Shown here: in pieces, positions 24,794-35,864 of the stretch
Layout: each line of letters begins with the position of its first letter
How positions within the stretch are numbered: the first letter of the stretch is position 1
NCBI GenBank assembly: GCA_002269645.1
Contig: NIVC01000308.1
Coordinates: 1-43,643, forward strand
Reading direction: 5' to 3'
Source: Macrostomum lignano
Lineage: Eukaryota
DNA length: 43,643 nt
Position numbers and translations under genes: made by a program
Notes under the pieces: generated by a model
The model's input: the letters and a program-made list of their open reading frames with translations, nothing else
The model's database searches: none
What the model was told of the DNA's origin: nothing

Positions 24794-25080
24794 TGACTCA
24801 CCCCACTTCCCCGCGCACCAGCCCAACTCAATTCTATTTTATAAATAATTCATGCGTGTAACGGTTTCTGATCCCTTATCTTCCCAAGCTTCTTCCTGCC
24901 TGTTACATAATCCCCCATTATAAATTATTTTTCTCGCTGCGCACCTCAATTTCTCGTCCAATCACAGCGCGGCTGACGTGGGTGACGTCAAAGTGGCTGT
25001 TGGTAATTGAGGTCAAGGACAAGTCACGCCCTTCAATATTACGTGATTGCATGACGCATAATCTCATCAGGGCTATAAAT
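24794..25080 (+). promoter_or_regulatory. bZIP-site-rich TATA promoter
   Basis: TGACTCA 24794, CCAAT 24958, TGACGTGG 24974, TGACGTCA 24983, TTACGTGA 25039, TGACGCA 25052, TATAAAT 25074. Confidence 0.55.
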
Positions 25081-25145
25081 AAAATACTGTTTCGCACCAA
25101 ACCGTTTCCGACCCATATTCTCCCTGCCGCGTTTCCAGCTTACGC

Positions 25146-25212
25146 GGAGCTGCAACAATTCCGTTCGGAGCTGCAACAATTCCGTTCGGAGCTGCAACAA
25201 TTCCGTTCGGAG
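25146..25212. repeat. 3 x 21-bp direct repeat (GGAGCTGCAACAATTCCGTTC)
   Basis: Copies start at 25146, 25167 and 25188. Confidence 0.9.
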
Positions 25213-26031
25213 CCTCCTTCTCCCTTTTGGTGCGGATCGGAGCTGTAACGTCCTTGACTGCAGCCGCCGCCGTGACTATCCGACGACCACCGTGCCAACA
25301 AGAAGTCCTGACCTGCCCGTGGGCCACGTCTATAAGGTACTAATTTGTATTTCTTTCTCTGTTGCGCTGCCCTTGTTGAGTATAAGCAGCCCGCGGTCTC
25401 CCCCCTCCCGGGCCATTGCTCATCTTCTAATTTTTCATTCTTAACTTATTAAGTCCGTTTTAATAATTAACTGAATGATTTAGGTCAAGTTTAGGGCCAG
25501 TATAAAATCAGGGCATTACAACTATAGTGTATTCAAATGTTTACTATGAAATGTGAGTAGTGATCGTGCATGGCAATGGGCATGGAATAGAAGCTGAGGG
25601 TCAGAGGGAAAGATTATCGAGTATGAGCCGAATTTAACCAAATAATCATACATGTAGCATGAGTGACAGTACTTCTAAATAAGTCCCAGTAGGATGTGCC
25701 GCACGAGAGAGCCCTGGGACCTGCACTTTAATTCCCATCCCCTGCTGCATCGAACCCATCTAGGAGAAAAGCATAATTAGATGGCGTTATCTTTATATCC
25801 ACCCTTGGAATCCTGGGGCTTATTAGGAGGATATTGTAGTCTCACCAGTTTAAAGATCCCCCTATGCAAAAGCACTGAATAACTAGACTGTCTCTGTGTG
25901 CCTCGCATAGAGTTCCTCAATCGGCCACTTTGTTCTGTTGTTGAATTAACGAACGCAGAAACAAGATAGATAATTATCCGGGCGCTCAGTGGCACCAAAA
26001 GAGGGCTTGGCCAATAGGAGGGCGGCTCGTA

Positions 26032-26127
26032 TATTTATGCACGCGGGGAAGGAAAGTTCTAGAAAGACCGGGGAAGGAAACTTCTGGAACTATGCGTAAA
26101 CAAGTCCGCGGTGGAAGTTTCTAGAAA
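26032..26127 (-). promoter_or_regulatory. Cluster of three perfect heat-shock elements plus a TATA-like box
   Basis: gGAAagTTCtaGAAa 26051-26065, gGAAacTTCtgGAAc 26076-26090, gGAAgtTTCtaGAAa 26113-26127; CATAAATA on the minus strand at 26039-26032. Confidence 0.7.
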
Positions 26128-26416
26128 CGCTGTCCCCGAACTACCCCTACGCATCGCATGCCTTTGCAATACACAACACACTTCTAGTACAGTTAAGGTC
26201 AAGAACCTTCGGCTGTTACAGACCGCGCGGGAGTCCTGTCTCGTTAGTGAGACTTTTTACCGGGTGCACTCCTGCACAGGTGACTGGTGGCGGTTGCGCC
26301 TCTGGCAGCGTGTGTATTCAAACAATTGCCAGGCCCGCTGTCTAGATAATAGGGATCTTGGCCGCAAGAGAAGTTCAGCTACCGCACCAGCCAGAGACCG
26401 ACGTAATCTAGGGGTT

Positions 26417-26800
26417 ACGTCTAACAGGTGACACTATCCTCTGTCTAACAGGTGACACTATCCTCTGTCTAACAGGTGACACTATCCTCTGTCTAACAGG
26501 TGACACTATCCTCTGTCTAACAGGTGACACTATGCTCTGTCTAACAGGTGACACTATCCTCTGTCTAACAGGTGACACTATCCTCTGTCTAACAGGTGAC
26601 ACTATCCTCTGTCTAACAGGTGACACTATGCTCTGTCTAACAGGTGACATTATCCTCTGTCTAACAGGTGACACTATCCTCTGTCTAACAGGTGACACTA
26701 TCCTCTGTCTAACAGGTGACACTGTCCTCTGTCTAACAGGTGACACTATCCTCTGTCGAACAGGTGACACTATCCTCTGTCTAACAGGTGACGCTATCCT
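26417..26800. repeat. 24-bp minisatellite (TCCTCTGTCTAACAGGTGACACTA), family B inverted
   Basis: About 16 copies, period 24. Confidence 0.95.
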
Positions 26801-27496
26801 GTCAATGTTCAGTTTAAACTACAGGTAGCTATACTCGTATTCGTAGAAATTTACCTTATAAATTTTACCTTACCTTACCTTATAAATTGCATACAATTTC
26901 AAACAGCTGACTTTAACTAACTTTAAGTAGAAAAGTCACATAAATTTCGTGCAAAATATAAAAAAACGTTTGTTTCTATTAAGCGCATATAATTCATTAT
27001 AAAATATTATCAATCGATAACAATCGATTTAGATATCTATAAAATTTATTTTCTCATTGGAATTTTTTAAAACGGTACAAATGATCAAAGCTGCATTGAG
27101 CATCAGAAAAACCAGTTGAAAAAAATATAAAAATACTTGTAGCTGTACAAATTAAAACTAAGTGCATCTGTTGCTATAATATTTAAAACGAGAAAACAGT
27201 TCGTTCATATTGGCGTTTGATATTGTTCTCACCATAGCTACATTCGGTTTTCTTAAAAATGATCTGGAACGTATCGCTGTATGTTTTAGCTCTTTAGCGA
27301 CCGAATTAGTCTATGGCACAACGCGCTCTGCCTTCGACAATTATTGTACATCGAACTAAACAGATTAATTGTATTTTTGGTACCAAAACAATTTTGCGAA
27401 AAAAATGAATACATTATTCGCAGCCAACTACTTGAAGTAAGCATCGATGATTGAAAAGAATTAATTTCTATTTATTTTTCCATAGCGCTCGATCAG

Positions 27497-27815
27497 TCAG
27501 TCGTAGGTGGGCCTGAAGCCACCGCCGCCGCCACCGCCTCCTCGCCTGGCTGCCCCCGGGTTTGCCGGGTCGGGCAGAGCGGCGGCGCCTGACGGGCCGT
27601 CGTCTCGGCCGTGCAGCACCATGGTGCGCACCTCCTCCATCTCGGCGAACGGGATCCAGTCGTCGCCAACTGGACGCCCAGCGTCGAGACGCTCCCGCTC
27701 GGTCTCGAAGACGGTTTCGTGCTTCTCCCACGACTGGTCGCAGGCGGCGCACACGAAAACGGAATTGAAGGCGCCGCAGGGGCAGGAGCGGCACTGGTGC
27801 TGCCGGGTGTCGCTT
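27497..27815 (-). CDS. FAM221B: FAM221B exon 3 (terminal)
   Basis: CRSCPCGAFNSVFVCAACDQSWEKHETVFET..ER...GRPVG. Acceptor CACCCCAG; stop TGA 27497-27499. Confidence 0.9.
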
Positions 27816-27859
27816 CTGGGGTGCGAGAGGGGGAGAGTCGGGTTTGGATTTGCCATCAC

Positions 27860-28495
27860 GATATGGAATTGAGACATTGGGGAATTGGGAATTGGGAGAA
27901 TGGGAATCGAGGGAATCGGGGTAATGGATATCGGTGCATTGGGATTCGGGGCTATTGGGATCAATGGGGGAATTGGGATTCGGGGAATCAGGGAATCGGG
28001 GTGTTGGGAATTGTGGAATTAGGAAAAAGGGAAATGAGGGAAAGGGAAATGAGGGAAAGGGAAATGAGGGAAAGGGAAATGAGGGAAAGGGAAATGAGGG
28101 AAAGGGAAATGAGGGAAAGGGAAATGAGGGAAAGGGAAATGAGGGAAAGGGAAATGAGGGAAAGGGAAATGAGGGAAAGGGAAATGAGGGAAAGGGAAAT
28201 GAGGGAAAGGGAAATGAGGGAAAGGGAAATGAGGGAAAGGGAAATGAGGGAAAGGGAAATGAGGGAAAGGGAATTAGGGAATGAGGGAAGGGAAATTTGA
28301 AAGCGAGGAATTAGGAATCGGGGTATTGGGAAACGATTGGGAATCGGGGAATTAGGAATCAGGAAATTGGGATTTAGGGACTTGGGAATCGGGGAATCGG
28401 GAAACGGGGAATTGGGGAATAGGGGAATCGGGAAACGGGGAATTGGGAATCGGGAAATTGGAAATTGAGATTCAGGGATTAGGAATCGGGACATT
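27860..28495. repeat. GGGAAT-type degenerate repeat with a 15-bp core array (GAGGGAAAGGGAAAT, ~28022-28295) in FAM221B intron 2
   Basis: Exact period 15 in the core; explains the REREM and GNEGK ORFs. Confidence 0.92.
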
Positions 28496-28818
28496 TTGAA
28501 TTTGGATTTTATCCAGGAAATGCAATCAGAACTCGATCATGGGATTAAGAATTGCAGTAAGGTTTAAGTGTCTACTCCCGTAGGGTCATGGGACAATTTG
28601 CTGCAATGCCACTGACACGCCTTAGCCACTCTATCCTTTTATATCACTACAAAACTCAATGAAAAAAATGATTTATTTTACTATAAGTAGTGTAGTAAAT
28701 AAATTTCAATAAATAATGTACAATGCTAGATGTAATTTTCTAATGTTTTTACTATCAGTAGTGTTTAGCAAACCGACTAAAGCAACAATATTGATCAATA
28801 TTCGTCTAAATCTCTCAC

Positions 28819-29111
28819 CTATGCTCCTCGTGCGTGTGTTTGCACCGGCACTTTGCCCGCCAACTGGCCGGATCGAAATCGCGACGCCGTTTCAACCAGA
28901 ACTCGCCGGCCTCCTCCGGTCTGGTTGGCACCCATTCGAAGTTGGCGCATTTGCAGTGCTGACACGGCAGCTGGAGGGCCCGGCCGCCAGGCTGCTTGTG
29001 CTCGGCGAGGTTGTGGCCGCAGAAGCAGCGGGAGCCGGAGTGGACGCGCTGGCAGTCCTGCTTGTCGTAGGGCGGCTCCCGGGGTCGCCAGGAGAAATAC
29101 CAGCCGCTGGC
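28819..29111 (-). CDS. FAM221B: FAM221B exon 2
   Basis: SRCFCGHNLAEH..PC..CKC..F..VPTRPEEAGEFWLKRR..FDP.SWRAKCRCKHTHEEH matches FAM221B (DUF4475). Acceptor ATGCAG, donor AG|GTGAGA. Confidence 0.93.
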
Positions 29112-29237
29112 CTGCATGGGGGTAGCGACAGGTAGGTGTCTGGTAGATTATCTGGTAAGCATGCAGGGGAGTCTATCAGATGGCCTAGTAGACTAGCAGG
29201 ATAGTCTGGTAGGCAAGTAGACAATCTGGTAGCTTAC

Positions 29238-29375
29238 AGGGGGAATTGCTGAGATGCCAAGGCTTACTGAGGGAATTGCTGAGATGCCAAGGCTTACTGA
29301 GGGAATTTCTGAGATGCCAAGGCTTACTGAGGGAATTGCTGAGATATCAAGGCTTACGGGGAAAATTGCTGAGAG
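29238..29375. repeat. 30-bp minisatellite (GAGGGAATTGCTGAGATGCCAAGGCTTACT), family A inverted, in FAM221B intron 1
   Basis: 4-5 copies, period 30. Confidence 0.9.
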
Positions 29376-29503
29376 GTCAGAAGCTACATGTTGTTCATTC
29401 AAAAAAGTTCATTCCATTCTTTGTTGGCTCCCTAACGGGGGGGCGCTGATTGCTAGTACAGTCAAAAGTATCAGCTGAATGAACTTAGCTCTCCCTCTCT
29501 AAC

Positions 29504-29827
29504 CTTGGCCTCCTCAACCGCTCGCATCTCCGGCTCGAACAGCTGCTTCACCTTGGGCGCCAACTCCGCCCCATTCATCGCCTTGGCAACGGCAAGCACA
29601 TTGTACTGCTCGGCACGCTGGATTTTGTTAACTCGGAGCTCACCGCCAGGCAGCTGGTAGCGGCCGGGAATCAGGTTGCCCTGCCCGTCTGTTGGAAGCC
29701 CGCGACCCCGACCGGCGGCCGGTCCAGCGGCGCCTCGCTTAGCAACCGTTTTTGTTGACTTTGACGACGATGATGACGAGGCAGCTGCGCCGGATTTGCC
29801 TGGCTGATTTGGTCGGCTGCTGCTCAT
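29504..29827 (-). CDS. FAM221B: FAM221B exon 1
   Basis: ATG at 29827; 108 codons to donor AAG|GTTAGA; phase 0 joins ASGWYFSWR. Low-complexity N-terminus, then VLAVAKAMNG..LAP.VKQLFEPE..A. Confidence 0.8.
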
Positions 29828-32531
29828 TGTTTGTTTTAAAGCTTGCTGGAGCAGTTTTTACAACAAAAACACGAAGCACAATGTTATTTAAGAAGTCATT
29901 TTTTGTTTTAGACCTTAAAATAAAGACTTAGCGTTGAACGACACCAAATGCTAGTATATTAGATAAAATCGAATTCTTCTATTATGGGTGCTGTGATGTT
30001 CAGTCCATAGACAGCCACCACCTATGAACAGCTATAAATAGTTCAATGACTAATTTGCAAATTTACTTGGATAAAATGAAAAATCAAGCGCTCAATTTTC
30101 TTTAGATTAAATTGAACCCCTAAATTCAAAATGGGTTATTAAAGGCTATATTAAAATAAAACAGTTGTTTTGTTGCTTTCTATTTTTACTTAGTTAAATA
30201 TATTGATTTGAATTTTGAACTAGTAGGCCTACAAGACAATATTTAGATTTACAAAATTAATAACAATGAACTAAAATAAAACTTATCTTGCAAGAAAAAT
30301 TTGAATCCATTAGTTTGTTTTATTATTAGGATAAAATGAATTGTCCTATAGTAAGGTCTTAGCCCAAAGTCTTAGCCCATGGTATAAGTTTTTTGTCCTA
30401 AATATGCCATAATAGGAACATACAAATATAATAGACTTGTTGCTTTTAAAAAGCAAGGAAATTAAAATATATATACCCTTAGTTTCTCAACAATGTTCAC
30501 ATAAATTACCACATCATGTCGTTCAAAATTTGATATTCATAAAATATAGAGCATCGTGAGCATGCTTTATTTAAAAATTATTATTATTTAAGTTTTTTAC
30601 ACTAAAAAATTATTTATAATAGCAATAACCATAAGTGTTAAAAATCGAATCGCAGGTACAGGCCATAATTAAAAATGTTAAGTCTAGCGCAAAAGATAAG
30701 CTTAGAATTCGAACTGAAAAATGGGACACTTACGGTGTGCGGCCGGGTGTGAGCCTATATAAGCAAGTTGTAGACTTGTAGTGGTAGCGCCCTTACGCCC
30801 GCACTGCCCTTTAAAAATGGATTTTCTGATGTGAAGTTGAATTAGTGCTGTTAATAGATTACTGTGCTGATCTTGTTTAGGAATAAATTTTTAAACGGTT
30901 TATATGTAAAAAAAGACTTGTAATATATTAGTATAGGTACAATGCGTTACATAAATAAATATAATAACCATTTTTGTTGTAACGTTACAGTTTACCTAAG
31001 TTTGGGTAGCAACGACGTTTAAAAGCTTTATTTGTAAATAATTATTGCTAAAAATAGAATATAGGTTCAAAAACACAGTGAATTAACTGCAAAACGCTTG
31101 AAAAACAATGCTCCACCCACTTTTCCACTACAACTCTTAACATTTTATTTGCACGCAAAAAATGAAAAGATCAACATGGAGCAATTTCTTTAATAGTGTG
31201 CATTGTAGCAACAATAATATTGCAGCAAGCAAAGCAAAGGCGAATGCAATTACTCTTCTCTTTAAAAGTTACATTACAATTTAGATGTCTTGATACTTGT
31301 ACAAGCACATTTAGTCTTTTAATATCGTTGACAAAAGCAAAGCAATAAAACGCTCCAAACGTCCTTTTTATTATTTATTGTCAATATCAATTAATAATAC
31401 GTTCTTTATGAAACTATCCACTGACTTGTACTATACGACTACGTAACACTCCTTTGGCAGGTTTTCTTTACCAAAGGCAAAAGAAAAAAATTCCAAGAAC
31501 TAAAAACGGAAAACCAAATAAACTATTTGTGTAAGAGAAAATAAATGATTAAATGGGTCAACAAAGTCAGAGAAATACGAGCTACATAATCTATGGACTA
31601 CAAGAATTACTACCGATTCAAAGCCTGAGTTTTCCATGCACATTTACCTTACGTCGTTACCAGTCCGTGAGGAATCAAACTTCGAGGCACTTATGCATCT
31701 ATAATATACATTTGCTTTCTGCAGATCACTAGCGTACGACTCTTTTTATTTTCACTGAGGCGGAAAGTCTGTCTGTGAGTGCTAAGTATAAAATGGTATT
31801 AAAATTAATTTATAAGTTGGCAGTTTGTTTGAAAATATAATAGTTTGATACAGTTTATATTTTTTTAATTGTTTTAATATTGTATGTATCTATGACGCTT
31901 GTCTGGCGATTATTTGACACGAATGTAGTAAGGCTTTTAAACGTATAGCTCAATATTATTATTTGGAGGAGCTTCTCTTCAATACTCTCTTTCTTGCAAA
32001 TTGCATAATAATTTTTGTCACTTAAAAGGTAAAGTATTGAAATATAAAAATATAAAATTGCCAATATGCACATAAAATAATGCTTGTTTAAAGTCATTAG
32101 CTTAGTTGTTTTTTATTCATTGGTTGAACAATAATGATGATTTAAAAAGTCAAATAGACTCGTATTAGTTGATATGATTTTACTTGGTGTCTAATTGTCA
32201 TCTGCTATGGATTTTGATAAAAGTTAGCTAATTTATAAGGAAAGCGATCAGTAAATCAGTCCAATAATAATTAAATTAGAAGCAATCAATATTATTTAAG
32301 CATATTTTTTAGATATTATTCCTACTTTTGCTTTTGTGCAAGTGTATTTTCAAGTTATATTAAATTAATTTCAGGAATTTTTAAGGCTTTAATTGATAAA
32401 GTGTACTAAGCATCAAAAATAAGATTGATTAAACATATTTTTTTCGAAACAAATACTCCAGCTAGGTAAATAATTTCTAATAATTTACTCTTAATAAAAT
32501 ATTTATTGCAGATAATCTAATTTAATCAGAG

Positions 32532-32725
32532 ATGCCAGTCGCTAAGGACAGGCTTGGCTCGCTACAGGTGTGCAAGCTGATCCAGTGCGTTCGGAGCGCA
32601 GCAAAGCACAGATTGACAAGCTGGTGCAGTGCGGCATACCATATTTGGTTAATTATGGCGAGCCGTACGAAGGCGAGACTGCATTGATTATTGCGGTTAA
32701 AGAGAATGACATCGATATGATTAAG
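32532..32725 (+). CDS. ANKEF1: ANKEF1 exon 1 (contains a 1-nt frameshift at ~32593)
   Basis: MPVAKDRLGSLQVCKLIQCVR then, after a frame change, ERSKAQIDKLVQCGIPYLVNYGEP..GETAL..A...NDIDM matches the ANKEF1 N-terminus. Donor AAG|GTGAGG. Confidence 0.85.
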
Positions 32726-32917
32726 GTGAGGCCTAGCAACTCTATGAATACACTCCTAATATAGGGTATATTTTAAGCGAATACTTAGTTGCGACACATG
32801 CTGATGGTAAGAAGTCAATTGGTGTCGCATGTGTCCCAATCCCAGCGGGTGTAAGCCAGGATTTTTCATTGAGGCTGGTAATGCTTTTTGGTGGCTGGGC
32901 CTTTTCAGTTGAGGTCT

Positions 32918-33280
32918 GGCGCCATTTTATTTGAGGTGTGTTGTGGCGCCATTTCATTTGAGGTGTGGCGCCATTTCATTTGAGGTGTGGCGCTATTTAA
33001 CTTATAAATGTGTGGTGTGGCGCCATTTCATTTGAGGTGTGGTGTGGCGCCATTTCATTTGAGATGTGTTGTGGCGCCTTTTGATTTGAGGTGTGTTGTG
33101 GCGCCATTTCATTTGAGATGTGTTGTGGCGCCATTTCATTTGAGGTGTGTTGTGGCGCCATTTCATTTAAGGTGTGGTTTGGCGCCATTTCATTTGGGGT
33201 GTGTTGTGGCGCTATTTTATTTGAGGTGTGTTGTGGCGCCATTTCATTTGGGGTGTGTTGTGGCGCCATTTCATTTGAGC
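32918..33280. repeat. 27-bp minisatellite (GTGTGTTGTGGCGCCATTTCATTTGAG), ANKEF1 intron 1
   Basis: Tandem copies, period 25-27. Confidence 0.92.
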
Positions 33281-33369
33281 GAGGGAAAGTGATTTGATTT
33301 AAAGTGAAATTAAAAAATGTTTGCCCATATAAATTTTCTAGATTTAAAAAATGATATTTGCTCCCGCAG

Positions 33370-33523
33370 TTCCTCACCAAGTCGATGGGCGCCCTGCCGG
33401 ATTTCGGCGACCTCGCCGGGGTGACGCCGGCCATGCGGGCGGCCGAGCGAGGCCTGGACGGCGCGCTGGCCGCTCTAATTGAGGCGGGCGCCAACATGCG
33501 CGCCAGCGACAACGAAGGGAAAA
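33370..33523 (+). CDS. ANKEF1: ANKEF1 exon 2 (absent from ORF track)
   Basis: FLTKSMGALPDFGDLAGVTPAMRAAERG...EAGANMRASDNEGK, an ankyrin repeat. Acceptor CCCGCAG, donor A|GTGAGT. Confidence 0.92.
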
Positions 33524-33589
33524 GTGAGTGAGACAGAAGAGATCGAGAAACATGCTAGTATACCAATAGCACTCTTGCTTGCTGCCTCC

Positions 33590-34432
33590 CCTATCTCCCC
33601 TGTCTCTCCTCTCCCATTCTCTTCCCCTCCCTCCTCCCCTCTCTTCACTCTCCGGTCTCTCAGCTCTCTCCCTCCTCTTCTTTCTCTTCTTCACTCTCTC
33701 TCTCCCTTCTCCTTCCCTTCTCTTCATCTCCTTCACTCTCCACTTTCTCCACCATCTCTCTCTCTCTCCTTCTCTCCCCTTCTCCACCATCTCTCTCTCT
33801 CCTTCTCTCCCCTTCTCCTCTCTTCTCCTCTCCTTCTCTCCCATTCTCCTTCCTTCTCTCTCCTTCTTTCCCCTTCTCCTCCCTTCTCCCTCTCCTTCTC
33901 TCTCCTTCTCCTCCCTTCTCCCTCTCCTTCTCTCTCCTTCTCCTCCCTTCTCCCTCTCCTTCTCTCTCCTTCTCCTCCCTTCTCCCTCTCCTTCTCTCTC
34001 TTCTCCTCCCTTCTCCCTCTCCTTCTCTCTCCTTCTCCTCCCTTCTCCCTCTCCTTCTCTCTCCTTCTCCTCCCTTCTCCCTCTCCTTCTCTCTCCTTCT
34101 CCTCCCTTCTCCCTCTCCTTCTCTCTCCTTCTCCTCCCTTCTCCCTCTCCTTCTCGACCCTTCTCCTCCTTCTCCCTCTCCTTCTCGACCCTTCTCCTCC
34201 CTTCTCCCTCTCCTTCTCTCTCCTTCTCCTCCCTTCTCCCTCTCCTTCTCGACCCTCTCCTCTTCTCCCTCTCCTTCTCGACCCTTCTCCTCCTTCTCCC
34301 TCTCCTTCTCTCCCCTTTTCCTCCCTCCCTCCTTCTCTCCCCTCTTTTCTTCTCCACTCCCTCCCTTCTCCCTCTCCTCGTTTCTCTTCACGTCTCTCCT
34401 CTCCCATTCTCCGACTCCCTCCCTCTACCCCT
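33590..34432. repeat. Polypyrimidine (CT-rich) degenerate tandem repeat, ANKEF1 intron 2
   Basis: About 840 bp almost entirely C/T; explains the S/L/P-rich and E/R/G-rich ORFs. Confidence 0.93.
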
Positions 34433-34994
34433 CTGTCCCAGTTTATCATCCTGGCAAAGTTATTTACAATCCTAAATATTGTCATGCACAAATTTTATGG
34501 GGAAATTTTTAACTGCCTTTGTAAATTAAATGTGTTCAGCGCTTTTGGGATTTGAAGTGCGTCGCAATCTCCCAGTTTCTCTCCTTCATCTGTCGCCGCT
34601 CCTTTGAGCAGTGCTCACTGATGAGGAACAAAACCTCAACGAGACGATCATCCCTAACCCCCCTTTTTCAGCCGTAGCTTCGGAAGCTGGTGCCAAACAA
34701 GTAAAAAAATCAGCATCATTTCTAACCCTCCCAGTTTATGATCAACAATCAGTTCTCTGATTTTAATAAATGTTTTATAATAATAAAAACAATGCGATTT
34801 TAAATAATCACGCACTTATACTACTACTGTCACTATTATCACCATCAATTTTCCGGTGAAAATTCGGCATCTGTAACGATTATTATATTCTCACATCCAC
34901 ATGGTATTTGAACTGCAAAATTTATGAACGCTTCAGGAAAATTCAGTTTTTAAAGAACACACTGTACTTCAATTAGAGGGGGCCAAATACCTAT

Positions 34995-35765
34995 AAGAGG
35001 CGCCAATATCTCTTGGTCGGCGCCATATCTCTTGGTGGGTGCCCTGTCTCTTGGTGGGCGCACCCTGTCTCTTGGTGGGCGCCCCTGTCTCTTGGTGGGC
35101 GCCCCTGTCTCTTGGTGGGCGCACCCTGTCTCTTGGTGGGCGCCCCTGTCTCTTGGTGGGCGCACCCTGTCTCTTGGTGGGCGCACCCTGTCTCTTGATG
35201 AGCGCACCCTGTCTCTTGGTGGGCGCCCCTGTCTCTTTGTGGGCGCACCCTGTCCCTTTGTGGGCGCACCCTGTCTCTTTGTGGGCGCACCCTGTCTCTT
35301 TGTGGGCGCACCCTGTCTCTTTGTGGGCGCACCCTGTCTCTTGTGGGCGCCCCTGTCTCTTGTGGGCGCACCCTGTCTCTTGGTGGGCGCCCCTGTCTCT
35401 TGGTGGGCGCCCCTGTCTCTTGGTGGGCGCCCCTGTCTCTTGGTGGGCGCACCCTGTCTCTTGGTGGGCGCACCCTGTCTCTTGATGTGGGCGCCCCTGT
35501 CTCTTGGTGGGCGCACCCTGTCTCTTGGTGGGCGCCCCCTGTCTCTTGATGGGCGCCCCCTGTCTCTTGATGGGCGCCCCCTGTCTCTTGATGGGCGCCC
35601 CTGTCTCTTGGTGGGCGCCCCCTGTCTCTTGGTGGGCGCACCCTGTCTCTTGGTGGGCGCCCCCTGTCTCTTGGTGGGCGCCCCCTGTCTCTTGATGGGC
35701 GCCCCTGTCTCTTGATGGGCGCCCCTGTCTCTTGGTGGGCGCACCCTGTCTCTTGGTGGGCGCCT
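34995..35765. repeat. ~20-22-bp minisatellite (TTGGTGGGCGC(A)CCCTGTCTC), ANKEF1 intron 2
   Basis: About 36 copies with C-run length variants. Confidence 0.94.
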
Positions 35766-35864
35766 AAGCATAATTGAGCTTTCAAATACAAATAATAAAT
35801 TGTTCATTACAAGCGAATGCAATGGCCCCGATGCAACCGTGACTTCTCTTACATAACGCGTCAG

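Noticed and set aside
24857-26220. Solo LTR (TGTAAC...GTTACA ends enclosing the promoter motifs)
   Set aside because: No target-site duplication (TGCG vs GACC), no primer-binding site or polypurine tract, and no second copy in the window. Not fully excluded without a genome search.
26238-26258. GTCTC/GAGAC hairpin followed by T5 (Pol III terminator or small RNA end)
   Set aside because: Only a 5-bp stem, with no recognisable A/B boxes or small-RNA motif.
34610-34655. CTGATGAG..hairpin resembling a hammerhead ribozyme core (also on the minus strand at ~25069)
   Set aside because: No correctly placed GAAA after stem II and no stem I/III pairing.
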